DNA from: Terriglobia bacterium
GTDB taxonomy: Bacteria; Acidobacteriota; Terriglobia; 20CM-2-55-15
NCBI GenBank assembly: GCA_965198225.1
Contig: CBDAOY010000008.1
Span: 1 to 64,000 of the forward strand
Length of the DNA: 64,000 nucleotides
Direction: 5' to 3'
Shown: piece by piece, positions 20,510-30,989 of the stretch
How the letters are laid out: each line of letters opens with the position of its first letter
Numbering within the stretch: position 1 is the first letter of the stretch
Made by a program: the position numbers and the translations under genes
The notes under the pieces: generated by a model
Database searches by the model: none
Seen by the model: the letters and a program-made list of their open reading frames with translations, nothing else
Told to the model about the DNA's origin: nothing

Positions 20510-21313
20510 TCATCCGCGTCGAGCGACAAAGAACAGTCGGCGAAACGGGAAAATCACGCCTGAAGGGCCGGTCTTGTAGGTCTGCGAGAGCTCAGGGCCA
20601 AGGCATGCGAGGAACTCTGCCGACTCATCTGTGGACAAGGCAGAAAGAATCGGTCGCAATGCCGTGCCCTTCAGCCATTCGACGATGGCGTCGGAGCTGT
20701 CGAGCTGGTGGTAGTAGATCGTTTCCCAAACTTCTGCCGAAAGCCCCAGGCGACGCAGATGCCGGGCGTACCATTCCGCGGTTTCGACCGAAGGGAGCAG
20801 CTGTCTCGCCGGCAAACGTTCCTTCCAACGGGGGCTCTCAACCAGGTCGGACAGAATCCGATATGCCTTCTCGGAGCGGTTGTTCGGTACCTGGACGGCT
20901 AGAAGACCTCCGGCAGCGAGTTGAGACGCGAGTCCGGACAGCAGATCTGCATGGTCGGGTACCCACTGGAACACGGCATTCGAAAAGATCAGATCGAGCG
21001 GCTCCGGCGCTTGCCAACGACGGAGGTCGGCCTCGATGAAGACCAACCCGGGGCGCGGATCCGGGTGGCGCGTTCGCTCGAGCATCTTGTTGGAACGATC
21101 GATCGCCCAGAGTTGGGCGTCCGGCCACCGGTCGGCCAGCAAACGTGTAAGCTCTCCGGTCCCGCAGCCGAGGTCGGCACCGAATCGAACATCCATGTCC
21201 GGAACCCGCGCGAGAAGATCCACGAAGGGCTGCCGGCGCTCCTGTTTGAACCGCTCGTACTGGACAGGATCCCAGGTCGGTTCCGGTGTGTTTTTCGCTT
21301 CGGTTTCGGCCAT
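20510..21313 (-). CDS. tam: Trans-aconitate 2-methyltransferase
   Basis: 'WDPVQY.RF..ER.QPF.DLL', 'DLGCGTG', 'NAVFQWVPDH', 'EWLKGTALRP', 'FPFRRLF'. Confidence 0.85.
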   Translation of the reverse strand: MAETEAKNTPEPTWDPVQYERFKQERRQPFVDLLARVPDMDVRFGADLGCGTGELTRLLADRWPDAQLWAIDRSNKMLERTRHPDPRPGLVFIEADLRRWQAPEPLDLIFSNAVFQWVPDHADLLSGLASQLAAGGLLAVQVPNNRSEKAYRILSDLVESPRWKERLPARQLLPSVETAEWYARHLRRLGLSAEVWETIYYHQLDSSDAIVEWLKGTALRPILSALSTDESAEFLACLGPELSQTYKTGPSGVIFPFRRLFFVARRG

Positions 21314-21370
21314 CGAAGTCGTTCTCGAGAGTACCCTAGCGCGGCACCGGCACAACCCTGCGGCTGTCAA

Positions 21371-21937
21371 TTATCCCGCGGGAGGCTCCGGGTTGCGGTC
21401 TCCCACCCAGCTGATGCCGATGTCGGCTGCTGCCCGCAGGCGGTCGGCAAGCTGCGCCGTGTGGTGCTGAATGTGGCGGATGTTGATGAACTGATGTTCC
21501 AGCTTGGAGACCTTGTACCAATAGAACCCACTTTCGGGGTTGGCGAAGTCCAGCGCGTCGACAGCATCATCAACCAGCCGATCGCAGACCTTCCAATATT
21601 CCAGTACCTGCGCGCGCGTGTAGGGCTCGGGAACCAGCGGCAGCGTGCTGTCCGGGTCCGCCGGCCCGGCTATGCCGTCCTGGTGCTGGACTTCCGCCTG
21701 GTGATGTTCCCAGGGTCGAAAAGCGGCCTGGTTTGGCTGAAGGTAAAGGTGCGATATGAACACGGTGTGGTAAGCGATTTGCCAGAATGAGTTCTTGTAT
21801 TCGTCGCCCGACCAGACGTCATCGGGACATCGCTCGAGTGTCTCCAGCAGCATCGCAAGGGACGCATGATACTGGCTCTTGAGAATCGACCGAAGCGTTT
21901 CGTTTGGGGTGTCCGGCGTGGATTGACTCTGGTTCAT
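21371..21937 (-). CDS. DinB family protein
   Basis: 'LKSQYHASLAML..CPD..W', 'FWQIAYH', 'NIRHIQHHTAQL'. Confidence 0.82.
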   Translation of the reverse strand: MNQSQSTPDTPNETLRSILKSQYHASLAMLLETLERCPDDVWSGDEYKNSFWQIAYHTVFISHLYLQPNQAAFRPWEHHQAEVQHQDGIAGPADPDSTLPLVPEPYTRAQVLEYWKVCDRLVDDAVDALDFANPESGFYWYKVSKLEHQFINIRHIQHHTAQLADRLRAAADIGISWVGDRNPEPPAG

Positions 21938-22180
21938 GCATAACTCCAGATGGAGAGAGACTCAAGCGCTTCGCGCGTAGGCCGTTGGGCGTAGGCCGTT
22001 GAGGTGTCGCTCACCGACAATTCGAGGGTGACTGGCGAGGCGTCTCAGATTCTTGCCGGGCACTGGAGATGCGTCGCCAGTTACCGGCCAATGCGCGCCA
22101 GGCGACACCACAACGGATAACGGCCTACAGGTCTCGCAGCGGCCCAACGCGTCGCCATTTACCGACCAATGTTGTCAACA

Positions 22181-22924
22181 GAGCTGACGGCAATAAGGTT
22201 ATTGACGTCAAATGGAGCGGAGACAGCCTGTATGTTGTCGCTTTCCAAGAACCCTGGACCTTGATTCATGCTCATCTGTATCACCCCGCCCGCGCGATAC
22301 AGTTTCAATAGATTGTGTCAGGCACACCAGCGTCCACTCTGCCTGCACGCAGTCGCAACCGGCGGACGCATGATACTGGCTCTTGAGAATCGACCGAAGC
22401 GTTTGCGCCGTTGTGGGGTGTCCGGCGTGGATTGACGCCTCTGGTTCATGCATGTTAACTCCAGATCTGGAGAGGCCTGACGAAGCTGCTTGTGCGCCCC
22501 GTCGGGCAGCGCTTCCGCGTAGGCCGTTGGTCCGTAGGCCGTTGCGGGTCGCTCACCGACTCGGGATTCGAGCGGTGACTGGAGCCGTTCGGCGGTTCGG
22601 GCTTCCGCGGCCGCCTTCGCCTCCCGGATCTTCTTCAGCCGACTTTCGAGGCGTCCTGATTCTGCCGGGCACTGGAGATGCGTCGCCACATGTCACCAGC
22701 CCCGCCTTCCGGCCAATGCGCGCTTGCAGGAACAGTCCCGCCAGTGCTCCCAAATGCCGCTTCCGAACCAGGCACTCAGGTACCGAAACACCACAACGGA
22801 TATACGGCCTACGCCGCCTGCCCCCTCCCGTCCAGGTCCACCTCGCACGCGATTCTCCGGTAGCCAGTCCAAGCCCTGGTCCGCGTCGCCATTTCCGACC
22901 AATGTTGTCAACAGAGCTGTCTAG
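22181..22924 (-). other. Mosaic of IS1182 fragments and a duplicate of 21861-22186 (probable consensus artefact of a polymorphic insertion)
   Basis: Reverse-complement pieces of the IS1182 at the window start (roughly 85-1480) occur in collinear order, interleaved with a second copy of the left flank. Confidence 0.8.
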
Positions 22925-22931
22925 GCGGCAA

Positions 22932-24065
22932 TTATTGAACCGCAAACTTCTGGACGCGCCGTCCGGTGGATGCTTCTCCCACATACAGATTGCCCTGGGA
23001 GTCGATGCCCATCCCGTGTGGCCGAAGGAACTGACCCACAAAGCGCCCCCCTCGACCGAAATCACCTACCACGCCCAGATCCTCGCGCCGAAGCGTCCAG
23101 ACCTTGTGGTTTGTGCCGTCCGCCAGGTGCAGCCACGTCTGATCCGGGTCGGGTGACAGCGCGATGACGAACGCAGATCCTGAGGCCCGCGTGAGGGGCG
23201 CGATGATCTTCTCCGCTACGAATTCGCCACTCTGACGAAACACTTGAATCCGGTTCCCCCGGCGATCCGCCGCGTAAATCATTCCGTCACTGGACCCGGT
23301 GAGGCCATGCACGTTGGAGAATTGGCGAGGAGGCGGCCCAGCCGGATCCCGGTCGCCATAGTCGTAGTCATCGTCCGGCGTTTCGCCGTAAGCCCCCCAG
23401 TGCCGGAGGTAGTCTCCCGTCTCGCCCTCATAGACGACCACGCGGCGATTCCGGTAGCCGTCGGCGATGTATACCTCGTTGGTGTCGGGGTCCACCCAGA
23501 TTCCGGCCGGCCCGCCCAGGAAGTTGGTGTCGTTGCTGCCCTCGTTCTGGTCGTATTCGCCGATGGTCATCACATGTTCGCCGCTGCGCGTGAACTTCAT
23601 GACGCGGTGGTGCCTGTAGGTGCCAATCCAGACGAAGTCGTTGTGATCCACGAAGAGCCCGTGAGGGTTTCTCGGGAACACGGAGATGTCCTGCGATGGA
23701 TCCCCCCACGCCTGCACGACCTCGCCCTGAGGGTCGAATTCGATCACCGTGGGCGCCGGGACGCAGCACATGCCGATGGGTGGATCCTGCACGGCGGCCG
23801 TCTCCTCGGGGGTCAACGTTTCCTGCAGGTGCGTCACCCAGACATGGTCCTGGGCATCCACGAACACAGACGTGACGGCGCCTATGATCCAGTCGTTCGG
23901 CATCTCCCGGGGCCAGGAGGGATCCACCTGGAACGTCGGCATGTCGCCGGTGGAGGCGGCCGCCACATCACCGGCATCTGCAGCGTCCGGGACCGCGTGG
24001 CAGGCCGCCAAGAGGAACGGAAGCACGATGAATAAGGTGAGCGACAAGCTCTTTCGATTCTGCAT
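22932..24065 (-). CDS. NHL-repeat lipoprotein (PAL-like)
   Basis: Lipobox LAAC; 'FQVDPSWP', 'PHGLFVD', 'IADGYRNRRV', 'ADRRGNRIQVF'. Confidence 0.85.
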   Translation of the reverse strand: MQNRKSLSLTLFIVLPFLLAACHAVPDAADAGDVAAASTGDMPTFQVDPSWPREMPNDWIIGAVTSVFVDAQDHVWVTHLQETLTPEETAAVQDPPIGMCCVPAPTVIEFDPQGEVVQAWGDPSQDISVFPRNPHGLFVDHNDFVWIGTYRHHRVMKFTRSGEHVMTIGEYDQNEGSNDTNFLGGPAGIWVDPDTNEVYIADGYRNRRVVVYEGETGDYLRHWGAYGETPDDDYDYGDRDPAGPPPRQFSNVHGLTGSSDGMIYAADRRGNRIQVFRQSGEFVAEKIIAPLTRASGSAFVIALSPDPDQTWLHLADGTNHKVWTLRREDLGVVGDFGRGGRFVGQFLRPHGMGIDSQGNLYVGEASTGRRVQKFAVQ

Positions 24066-24269
24066 TCTTCCGATCCTCCTTCAACTGTTTCGCGGATCGA
24101 TGGACCCCACGTCCACCAACAGGCCTGCCAAAGCACCATAGGTTCTGACCGGTCGGCGTTCAAGGCCTGGGTCGTGACCGACAGCCCGACCAGTACCGGC
24201 ATCTTCTTAGGCGGCTCCCTTGATCACCCGTTGTCCGGGCCCGCTTCGGCGCGCGCCGCGCGATCGCGG

Positions 24270-24598
24270 TTACTGGGCAGCCGCCGCAGCCTTGACCGGT
24301 CCTCGCGTGATGGTAGTCATCTCCTCCATCACATCGAACTGCTTGACGCTGAAGTCGCTGAGCGCGGGGTGATCTGTTACTTGCGCCGCCAGCGGTCCTT
24401 CCAGAAAGTTCTGAACGGACCCTTCGTCTTCGAAGAGGTAGATGCCACCGGCTTCGCTCTGGCTTCCATTGAGCATCCAGATCTTCCACCGAAGGCCAGG
24501 GAGCGCGGCGAACTCTTCGCCAGGGGGCCCACGGCTTTTTGGTATTCCGCGCCGGTAACGCTGAACTTGAAGTTAAGCTGCACTATTCTTTCCGCGAT
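24270..24598 (-). pseudogene. YdhR-family monooxygenase, frameshifted
   Basis: 'VQLNFKF..' and 'LPGLRWKIWMLN..EAGGIYLFED' are in different frames (shift at ~24519); RBS AGGAG is followed by ATC instead of ATG. Confidence 0.72.
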
Positions 24599-24661
24599 GG
24601 TTGACTCCTCTTGGGTGGGTTGTGTCGAGTCAAGATATCTCAGACCTTCCCGCTTGGGTAG

Positions 24662-25291
24662 CTAAACTGTATGTCGCGTCAGATAGCGTCCCACCTGCGC
24701 GCAATAGTCACGGTAGGCGTCCCCGTAGGCCCGGTGGAGAAAGCGCTCCTCGTGGAGGATCTGGGCGTGAAGCGTTCCGATGAGGAAGGCGGCGAGTGCC
24801 AGAAAGATCAGGCGTCCCTGGATCAGGAACACACCGATGGCCAGGCAGTCCAGGCCGACGTAGATCGGGTTCCGGGTCCACGCGAAAATGCCGCCGGTTA
24901 CGAGCCGACCATGGGCATGGCGATCGATACCGAGACGCCAAGAGTCTCCGAAAGCGACCAGCGCTAGCAAGTAGATCAACGATCCGGCGACCAGCAACAC
25001 GGCGCCGAGGGCCTTGACTGCGACGACATCGACCAGTACGACATCCATCGGTTGTGGAGCGACATGGGTCCCCAGCGGCCAGGCATGCGCGACGATTTCA
25101 TACACCCACAGGACGAAGAACATGACACATAGCAGATCGGCCAGCGCTCGCGCACGCGACCGCTCCCGGTCGATGACGACGACCCGGATGCCTCTGGCGA
25201 AAAACAGGGCGAAAGCGCGCCCGAAGGCGAGGCACGCCATGAAGATGAGAACGGCGAGCTGTAACCAGTCGAAGAATCGGGAGATCGTCAT
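24662..25291 (-). CDS. Isoprenylcysteine carboxylmethyltransferase / PEMT family membrane protein
   Basis: 'SWRLGID..LVTGGIFAWTRNPIY', 'EERFL...YG..Y..Y...VGRY'. Confidence 0.85.
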   Translation of the reverse strand: MTISRFFDWLQLAVLIFMACLAFGRAFALFFARGIRVVVIDRERSRARALADLLCVMFFVLWVYEIVAHAWPLGTHVAPQPMDVVLVDVVAVKALGAVLLVAGSLIYLLALVAFGDSWRLGIDRHAHGRLVTGGIFAWTRNPIYVGLDCLAIGVFLIQGRLIFLALAAFLIGTLHAQILHEERFLHRAYGDAYRDYCAQVGRYLTRHTV

Positions 25292-25794
25292 CAAGAGTCC
25301 ATCTGCTTCAGCTGGAATAAGAAGGTGTTCCCAAGGTTACCCCTTAGCGTCGAAATCTGTTCGAAGCCCAACTTGTGGAGTACATGCACAGAGGCTCCGT
25401 TGACTTCGTCGACTGCGGCGTAGAACTCCCTGAAGCCGGGCTGTTTACTCGCGTGCAGAATCGAGGCGCGGGCCATTTCTGTGGCGTATCCTTTACCCGC
25501 AAAGCGGCCGAACATCGCGTATACGAGCTGCGGCTCGGGGTGAATCGACGAAATCTCCAGGAAGCCGCAGAACCCAACGAGTTCGTCCCTCGCCAGGGTG
25601 TGCGCCAGCCAGATCCCGACACCGCGTCTCTCGAACAGCTCCTGGCTGTCCCGAACGCGTTCCTCGCTCCACTCTCTGGGGAATACGACGCCGTCCATGA
25701 GATAGCGGCGGACGTGGGGGTCCTGCACCAGGCTATGGAAGCTCTCCAGGTGGGCGGCCTCCACGGGGCAATATCTCAGTCTCGCCGACGTCAT
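25291..25794 (-). CDS. GNAT acetyltransferase (RimJ/RimL type)
   Basis: 'GKGYATEMA', 'NGASVHVLHKLGF'. Confidence 0.85.
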   Translation of the reverse strand: MTSARLRYCPVEAAHLESFHSLVQDPHVRRYLMDGVVFPREWSEERVRDSQELFERRGVGIWLAHTLARDELVGFCGFLEISSIHPEPQLVYAMFGRFAGKGYATEMARASILHASKQPGFREFYAAVDEVNGASVHVLHKLGFEQISTLRGNLGNTFLFQLKQMDS

Positions 25795-25940
25795 GTGTCC
25801 GACCCTTGCATACGGCGCGGATCCACCTGGACCGGCCCTCGTTCAGGAGCCCAGTCCGTCCGCCGAGGTCATCCCTGGGTGATCTGGATGAGGTTCCCGC
25901 ATGTATCATCGACCTGACTACAACAGCGAAACCGGTGCCT

Positions 25941-26686
25941 CTATCGATATAACGGGTTGGGGTGGTCAAAACGGCATCCCGCTTCCCATTTTGAACGTTG
26001 GTTTCCATGCGCTGGGATCCCGCCGGCATCTTGAATCATTCGAGCAAGGTGCATCAGATTCCACGTCATGAACGTCGTGTTTCGATTGGTGAACTCGTTT
26101 TCCGGACCGCCGGAACCGGGATCGAGATACGAGGGTCCCGGCCCCGCCGGGCCCAGCCATCCGGCGTCTGCTTGAGGTGGAATGACGTAACCGAGGTGTT
26201 GCAGGGAGTAGAGTATGTTCATCGCGCAGTGTTTCGCACCGTCTTCATTGCCGGTGATCAAGCATCCCCCCACGCGACCGTAATATGCATACTGACCTTG
26301 CTCGTTAAGGTCCCCCGACGACGAATACAATCGTTCATGACCTTCGTACAGACGGATGACTTTTCACCCAGCCATATCGGAGAGGTGATCACCAGTATGT
26401 TTGCGACCTTCACCTTGTCATAGATCGTCGGCCAGTCGTCCTGCGCCCAGCCCTGCGAGGTCATGTCCGGATAAACCCCATAAGCGACGTTGTGGTCCAC
26501 CGGTCGCAGCACGTCGACACCAAGGCCGTTTTTCTCCATGATGGCCTTCGAAATCTCGATCAGGCCCTCGGTGTGAGACAACTCCGGTGTCCGCTTCAGC
26601 GTGCAGTTTAGAAACACTGCTCGCAGAGCGGAGAAATCCCACCGGCTTGATTCACACATTTCGAGTTGTTTCTCATTCAATTCCAT
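25941..26686 (-). pseudogene. Flavodoxin family / NADPH-dependent FMN reductase, frameshifted
   Basis: 'NCTLKRTPELSHT..SPIWLGEKSSVC' and 'YSSSGDLNEQGQYAYYGRVGGCLITGNEDG' are split by a 1-nt loss near 26337. Confidence 0.8.
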
Positions 26687-26751
26687 GACTTATGTCGCTC
26701 CTCTCGTTGGATGGCCAAAGTTGTCGAGGTACGGGTTTCGCGTCCGGAGGA

Positions 26752-28293
26752 TCACACCGGCGGATGTCTCGTGTGCCACTCGGTCGCCTCTTCGTAGGCG
26801 TGCGCGATCCGGCACAGCATGGTTTCGGTCAGGTGGCGCCCCTGCAATTGCATCGTGTAGGGCACTCCATCCTCGTTTGCGCCGCACGGCAGCGAGATCG
26901 CCGGCGTCCCTGCGAAGTTCGCAGGCGCCGTGAACTGGAACTGGATTTTCGGGCCCACGGGGTCGAAGCCCGCCATGTCGCCGTAGAGGGTGTCCGCGGA
27001 TATGGGGAACGGGACCCCGCCCGCCGGACAGACGGCGGCATCGACATTCGACAGCGCGGCTCGAAACCGGTCGTTGAACCCGGCGCGCAGTGCGCCCGCC
27101 TCCGAGTATGCTTCATCCGTTACTGCCGCTGCCAGGAAGTCTCGATAGTATGGCCCGTATTCGTCTGCACGTGCCGGGTAATGGGCCGCGTGGACCGCAC
27201 GCGCTTCGTAGAAACAGATCGTGAACCACGCGTCCACGAGGTCTTCCGAGAAGTCCGGCATGTCCAGTTCCACGATCTGTGCGCCCAGGCGCTCAAGTTC
27301 CCCGAGGGCGACTTCGATGGACCGCACGAGGCCCGGATCGACGTCCCTCGTCGCGTAGCCCCGGTCGAAACCGATGCGCACACCGTCCAGGCCCCGGCCG
27401 AGCTCCGCGAGCATATTCGGGACCGGTTCTGCCAGCGACGTCGGGTCATTTGAATCGAGCCCCGCTATCGCCTCCAGGACGATGGCGGCATCAGCCACAC
27501 GACGGGTCATTGGTCCAACGTGATCGAGCGACTCGGCGAGTGGAAGGACTCCGTATCGACTGACCCGGCCGTAGGTCGGCTTGAGGCCGACGATGCCGTT
27601 CGACATCGCCGGAAAGGTGATCGATCCCCCGGTGTCGGAACCGAGCGAGGCAAAGCACAGGCCGGCCGCGGTAGCAACTCCCGAGCCGCTTGAGGACGAC
27701 CCTGGCCACAGCGCCTCGTCCCACGGGTTCACCGGAATCTCGAAGTCCGCGTGGTAGCCCGGCATCGCACCCTCGCTCATATTCAGCTTACCGAGGAGTA
27801 TGGCGCCAGAGTCGTTGAACTTTGTCACCACCGTGGCGTCGTAGTCCGGTACGAAGTCGGCCAGGACGCTCAGACCGCCCATCGTGGGCACACCCTTCGT
27901 GTAGTAGAGGTCCTTGACGGCGATCGGGATCCCATCGAGCGGTCCCCGGTAGCCTCCCGACTCGATCTCCTGCTCGGCGATGCGGGCAGCCGCCAGGGCG
28001 CTCTCGCCGATCACGGTGGCGTAGCTCCTGAGGCGGGAGTCGACGGCCTCGATACGGTCCAGCATCATCTGCGTCAAATCGACCGGCGAGAGCTCCCTCG
28101 CTTCAATGAGGCGGGCAACTTCGGTAAGACTGGAGTAGTGCAGCGATCCGCCCTCGGCGTCGCCGGCCGGCGGAGGTGTTGGCTCAGGTGAACAGGCGCC
28201 GTGAACAGACGCCACGATGCCGCCACCGACCAGCGCCAGCAAATCCCGGCGTGACAATCGTCCTCGACACTCGCGTTGTTTAAGAGTACTCAT
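26752..28293 (-). CDS. Amidase-signature family enzyme with Tat-type leader
   Basis: 'SRRDLL' Tat motif; 'GIPIAVKDL', 'GSSSSGSG', 'GSDTGGSI', 'GLKPTYGRVS'. Confidence 0.9.
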   Translation of the reverse strand: MSTLKQRECRGRLSRRDLLALVGGGIVASVHGACSPEPTPPPAGDAEGGSLHYSSLTEVARLIEARELSPVDLTQMMLDRIEAVDSRLRSYATVIGESALAAARIAEQEIESGGYRGPLDGIPIAVKDLYYTKGVPTMGGLSVLADFVPDYDATVVTKFNDSGAILLGKLNMSEGAMPGYHADFEIPVNPWDEALWPGSSSSGSGVATAAGLCFASLGSDTGGSITFPAMSNGIVGLKPTYGRVSRYGVLPLAESLDHVGPMTRRVADAAIVLEAIAGLDSNDPTSLAEPVPNMLAELGRGLDGVRIGFDRGYATRDVDPGLVRSIEVALGELERLGAQIVELDMPDFSEDLVDAWFTICFYEARAVHAAHYPARADEYGPYYRDFLAAAVTDEAYSEAGALRAGFNDRFRAALSNVDAAVCPAGGVPFPISADTLYGDMAGFDPVGPKIQFQFTAPANFAGTPAISLPCGANEDGVPYTMQLQGRHLTETMLCRIAHAYEEATEWHTRHPPV

Positions 28294-28416
28294 AGGATCT
28301 CCCCGGCTGCCTTCCGGTTCACCGTGCTCCTCATCAACAATTCGATCTTCGGCAGGATAACCCCACCGCCTCACGGTGTCGGCTCAAGTGGCCGGAAGCC
28401 AGCTCCCCATTGTGAG

Positions 28417-29837
28417 TCACGGCGCTTTGATCGCCCGCCCGGGCCGGGCATCGGGCACGAGTTCGCCGCCCTGGACGACCAGCACGCCGTTGACCAGTAC
28501 GTATGGAATACCTTCCGATGGAAGGGTTGGGTTGGTGTAGGTGGACCGGTCAATCACTGTCGCTTCTTCAAAGATCGTGATGTCGGCATCCGCGCCGACT
28601 CTCAGGCGGCCCTTCCTCTCCATTGCCGACACGTATCCTTCCAGGCGCCGTGCGGGTCCGATCGTCATTCTTCGCAGAGCATCCATGAGCGTGAGCACGC
28701 TTTCCTCGCGCACATACTTTCCAAGCACCTTCGAATAGGTTCCGGAAGTACGGGGGTGGCCTTGTCCATCTTCTATGAGACCGTCACTGGCAATCATGGT
28801 GATGGGATTCTCGATGGCCGCGCGTGTCATCTCCTCCGTACGACTGTGGATGATCACTCCGCCACCCTGCGCCCTGTATCGGGCGAAGCTGTCGCGTGTG
28901 AGGCGTTCACCGTTTCCGCCCACTGGTGGATCGGGAAACGGTCGTCATCCCAGGACTCCCAGTCGTCGAAGAGCGCAGACTCGATCATCGTCATGCCGGC
29001 CTCATAGGGGTAGGCCTCGGTGGTCACGTCCTGACCGCCGCTCCGGGCTTGCTCGATCGTCCCGAGAAACTCCGCGGTCGAGGCACCGCCGCTGGAATTC
29101 GCATGAACAACGTGTAGGGAAGCGCTCGTAGCTGCTGCGCCCTCGATTGCTTCCTTCAGGCCCTCCGGCCCTCCTCTTACATGGATGTGCGCCGACACGC
29201 CGTGGGCGGAAGCAATCCGTAGCATCGATTCGAACTCGGCCGTTGTCGCGGCGGGCGTGTAGGCGAGACCGAAGCCGACTGCAACCGCCCCCTGCCCCAG
29301 GCCTTCCTCGATCAAGCGCTCCATCTCGGCTATCTGTTCTTCTGTGGCTCCCTCACTGCCCCCCGGTCCGCTCGGCAGGAGTCCTCCCGAATCGCCCATG
29401 ACTCTCATCCGCACAGGGATGTGCCCTATGCTGACGCCGTAGTTGAGGATTTGTCCGCCGTCGCGCTCGCCGTACCAGGCGGAGACGTCGCCTGTCCCCA
29501 CCTCGAGCTCGAACGCAGTAGTGACACCATCGCGAACCATTAGACGGAACGCTTCCTCGGACTGACCGTGTGCGTGCAAATCGATGAAACCCGGCGCAAC
29601 GACCAGACCGGTTGCTTCGACTATCCGTTCCCCATCGAGTGCGTTGGCACTGATCTCTTCGATCAGGCCGTCCCGGATACCCACGTTGCGGACCGCGTCC
29701 AATCCGGATTCCGGATCCATCACGCGACCACCCTGCACAACCACGTCGTAGCGCTCTACGGTAGTTTCGAGTGGGGCGCAGCCGAATAGGGCAATTACCA
29801 CGAACCCCACCACTGAGCAGGAGATTGTCTTCGTCAT
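28417..29837 (-). pseudogene. N-acyl-D-amino acid deacylase (amidohydrolase), frameshifted
   Basis: 'VVAPGFIDLHAH', 'TTEAYPY', then 'MIASDG..GHPR..GTY', 'KGRLRVGADADI' in another frame (shift at ~28910). Confidence 0.82.
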
Positions 29838-29918
29838 GACTTGCCTCTTCAAGGAGAATTGCGTTTGACGTTGCGATTAGCCAGCGTTCGCGAAGCTTCG
29901 TCAGTTCTCAGTCGCGCG

Positions 29919-30926
29919 TCACCCGGCATTCTCGCACTTCAGGACGTAACAGCGATGTGCGAGTTCAACAAGCTCGGAATACCCCCAGGTGCCCTGATCC
30001 GTAATGCGACTTGCCAGGTCCGTCGGCAACCCCCCAAGACCAAGGTATGTTCCGCTGATCGCTCCAGCCATCGCCGCAGTCGTGTCGACGTCGCCACCGA
30101 CAGCTATGGCAGTACGAACCGTTTCCATGTAATCGTCAGGACTCCTGAAAAAAGAATACAGGCTCCAAAGAACACTTCCGACCACAAACGGTGAAATCCC
30201 CTCCCAGGAATCCTGGTAGCCGGGCCCCACCCCGCTCCTGGAGATTGGCACAACGGCATCTTCAGGGCGAAGGTTCGTCCACTCGCGCAGTTGACGGATG
30301 TACTGGCTGAAGGGTTCGTCGATTACCGCCACCCATTCCGCCACCTGGTTCAGCCAATCCGCCGGACGTTCAGGCCCTTCGAGCGCCAACGCAACACAGC
30401 CGGCGACGGCGAGGGCCCCTGCGGAGCAACGACGATCGGAATGGGTGATCCGGCCTTGTTCGTCGGCTGCTCGAATAAGGTCCACCGGCTGATCATAGTA
30501 GAACATTCCTATCGGGGCGGCCCGCATCGCGCTGCCGTTGCCGGCCGCCGGCGACGGAGTTCCTGCTTCCCGCCAAGGAACACCCGCGGCCAACCGGCGG
30601 GCGGCTTCCTCTGTAGCGTGGCCGCGGCCCACTATGCGATTCTCTTCGAATATTGCCGCAATCCGCTTCGCGTAGTTGCCGGGATCGAAATGTCCGCATT
30701 CGACGTAACTCTGGAGCAGTTCCCTAGCAAGTTGGGAGTCGTCCGTGTACTGACCGAAGCTGAACCTGTCGCCTCCTTTAGCGGTTGGCGCGTCCCCTGT
30801 CAACGACTTCGTCACGTATCGCTCGCAGATGTGCGGTGGAAGCCCTTCAACCGGGAATCCCAAGGCGTCTCCGAGGCACTGCCCGATGATGCACCCACTG
30901 AACCGGTCCCTGATCAACCTCGCCAT
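29919..30926 (-). CDS. ADP-ribosylglycohydrolase (DraG/ARH family)
   Basis: 'GDALGFPVE', 'GQYTDDSQ', 'GNGSAMRAAP', 'GGDVDTTAAMAG'. Confidence 0.92.
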   Translation of the reverse strand: MARLIRDRFSGCIIGQCLGDALGFPVEGLPPHICERYVTKSLTGDAPTAKGGDRFSFGQYTDDSQLARELLQSYVECGHFDPGNYAKRIAAIFEENRIVGRGHATEEAARRLAAGVPWREAGTPSPAAGNGSAMRAAPIGMFYYDQPVDLIRAADEQGRITHSDRRCSAGALAVAGCVALALEGPERPADWLNQVAEWVAVIDEPFSQYIRQLREWTNLRPEDAVVPISRSGVGPGYQDSWEGISPFVVGSVLWSLYSFFRSPDDYMETVRTAIAVGGDVDTTAAMAGAISGTYLGLGGLPTDLASRITDQGTWGYSELVELAHRCYVLKCENAG

Positions 30927-30989
30927 CTTCTTGTCCAGCTAACGGATAGAGTTCTCCGGCGCCACCGCTGAGGAGTCCCACGACCATCT

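Noticed and set aside
22181-22924. Diversity-generating-retroelement-like template/variable repeat pair with 21861-22186
   Set aside because: Differences are indels made of IS1182 sequence, not adenine-specific substitutions, and no reverse transcriptase is present.
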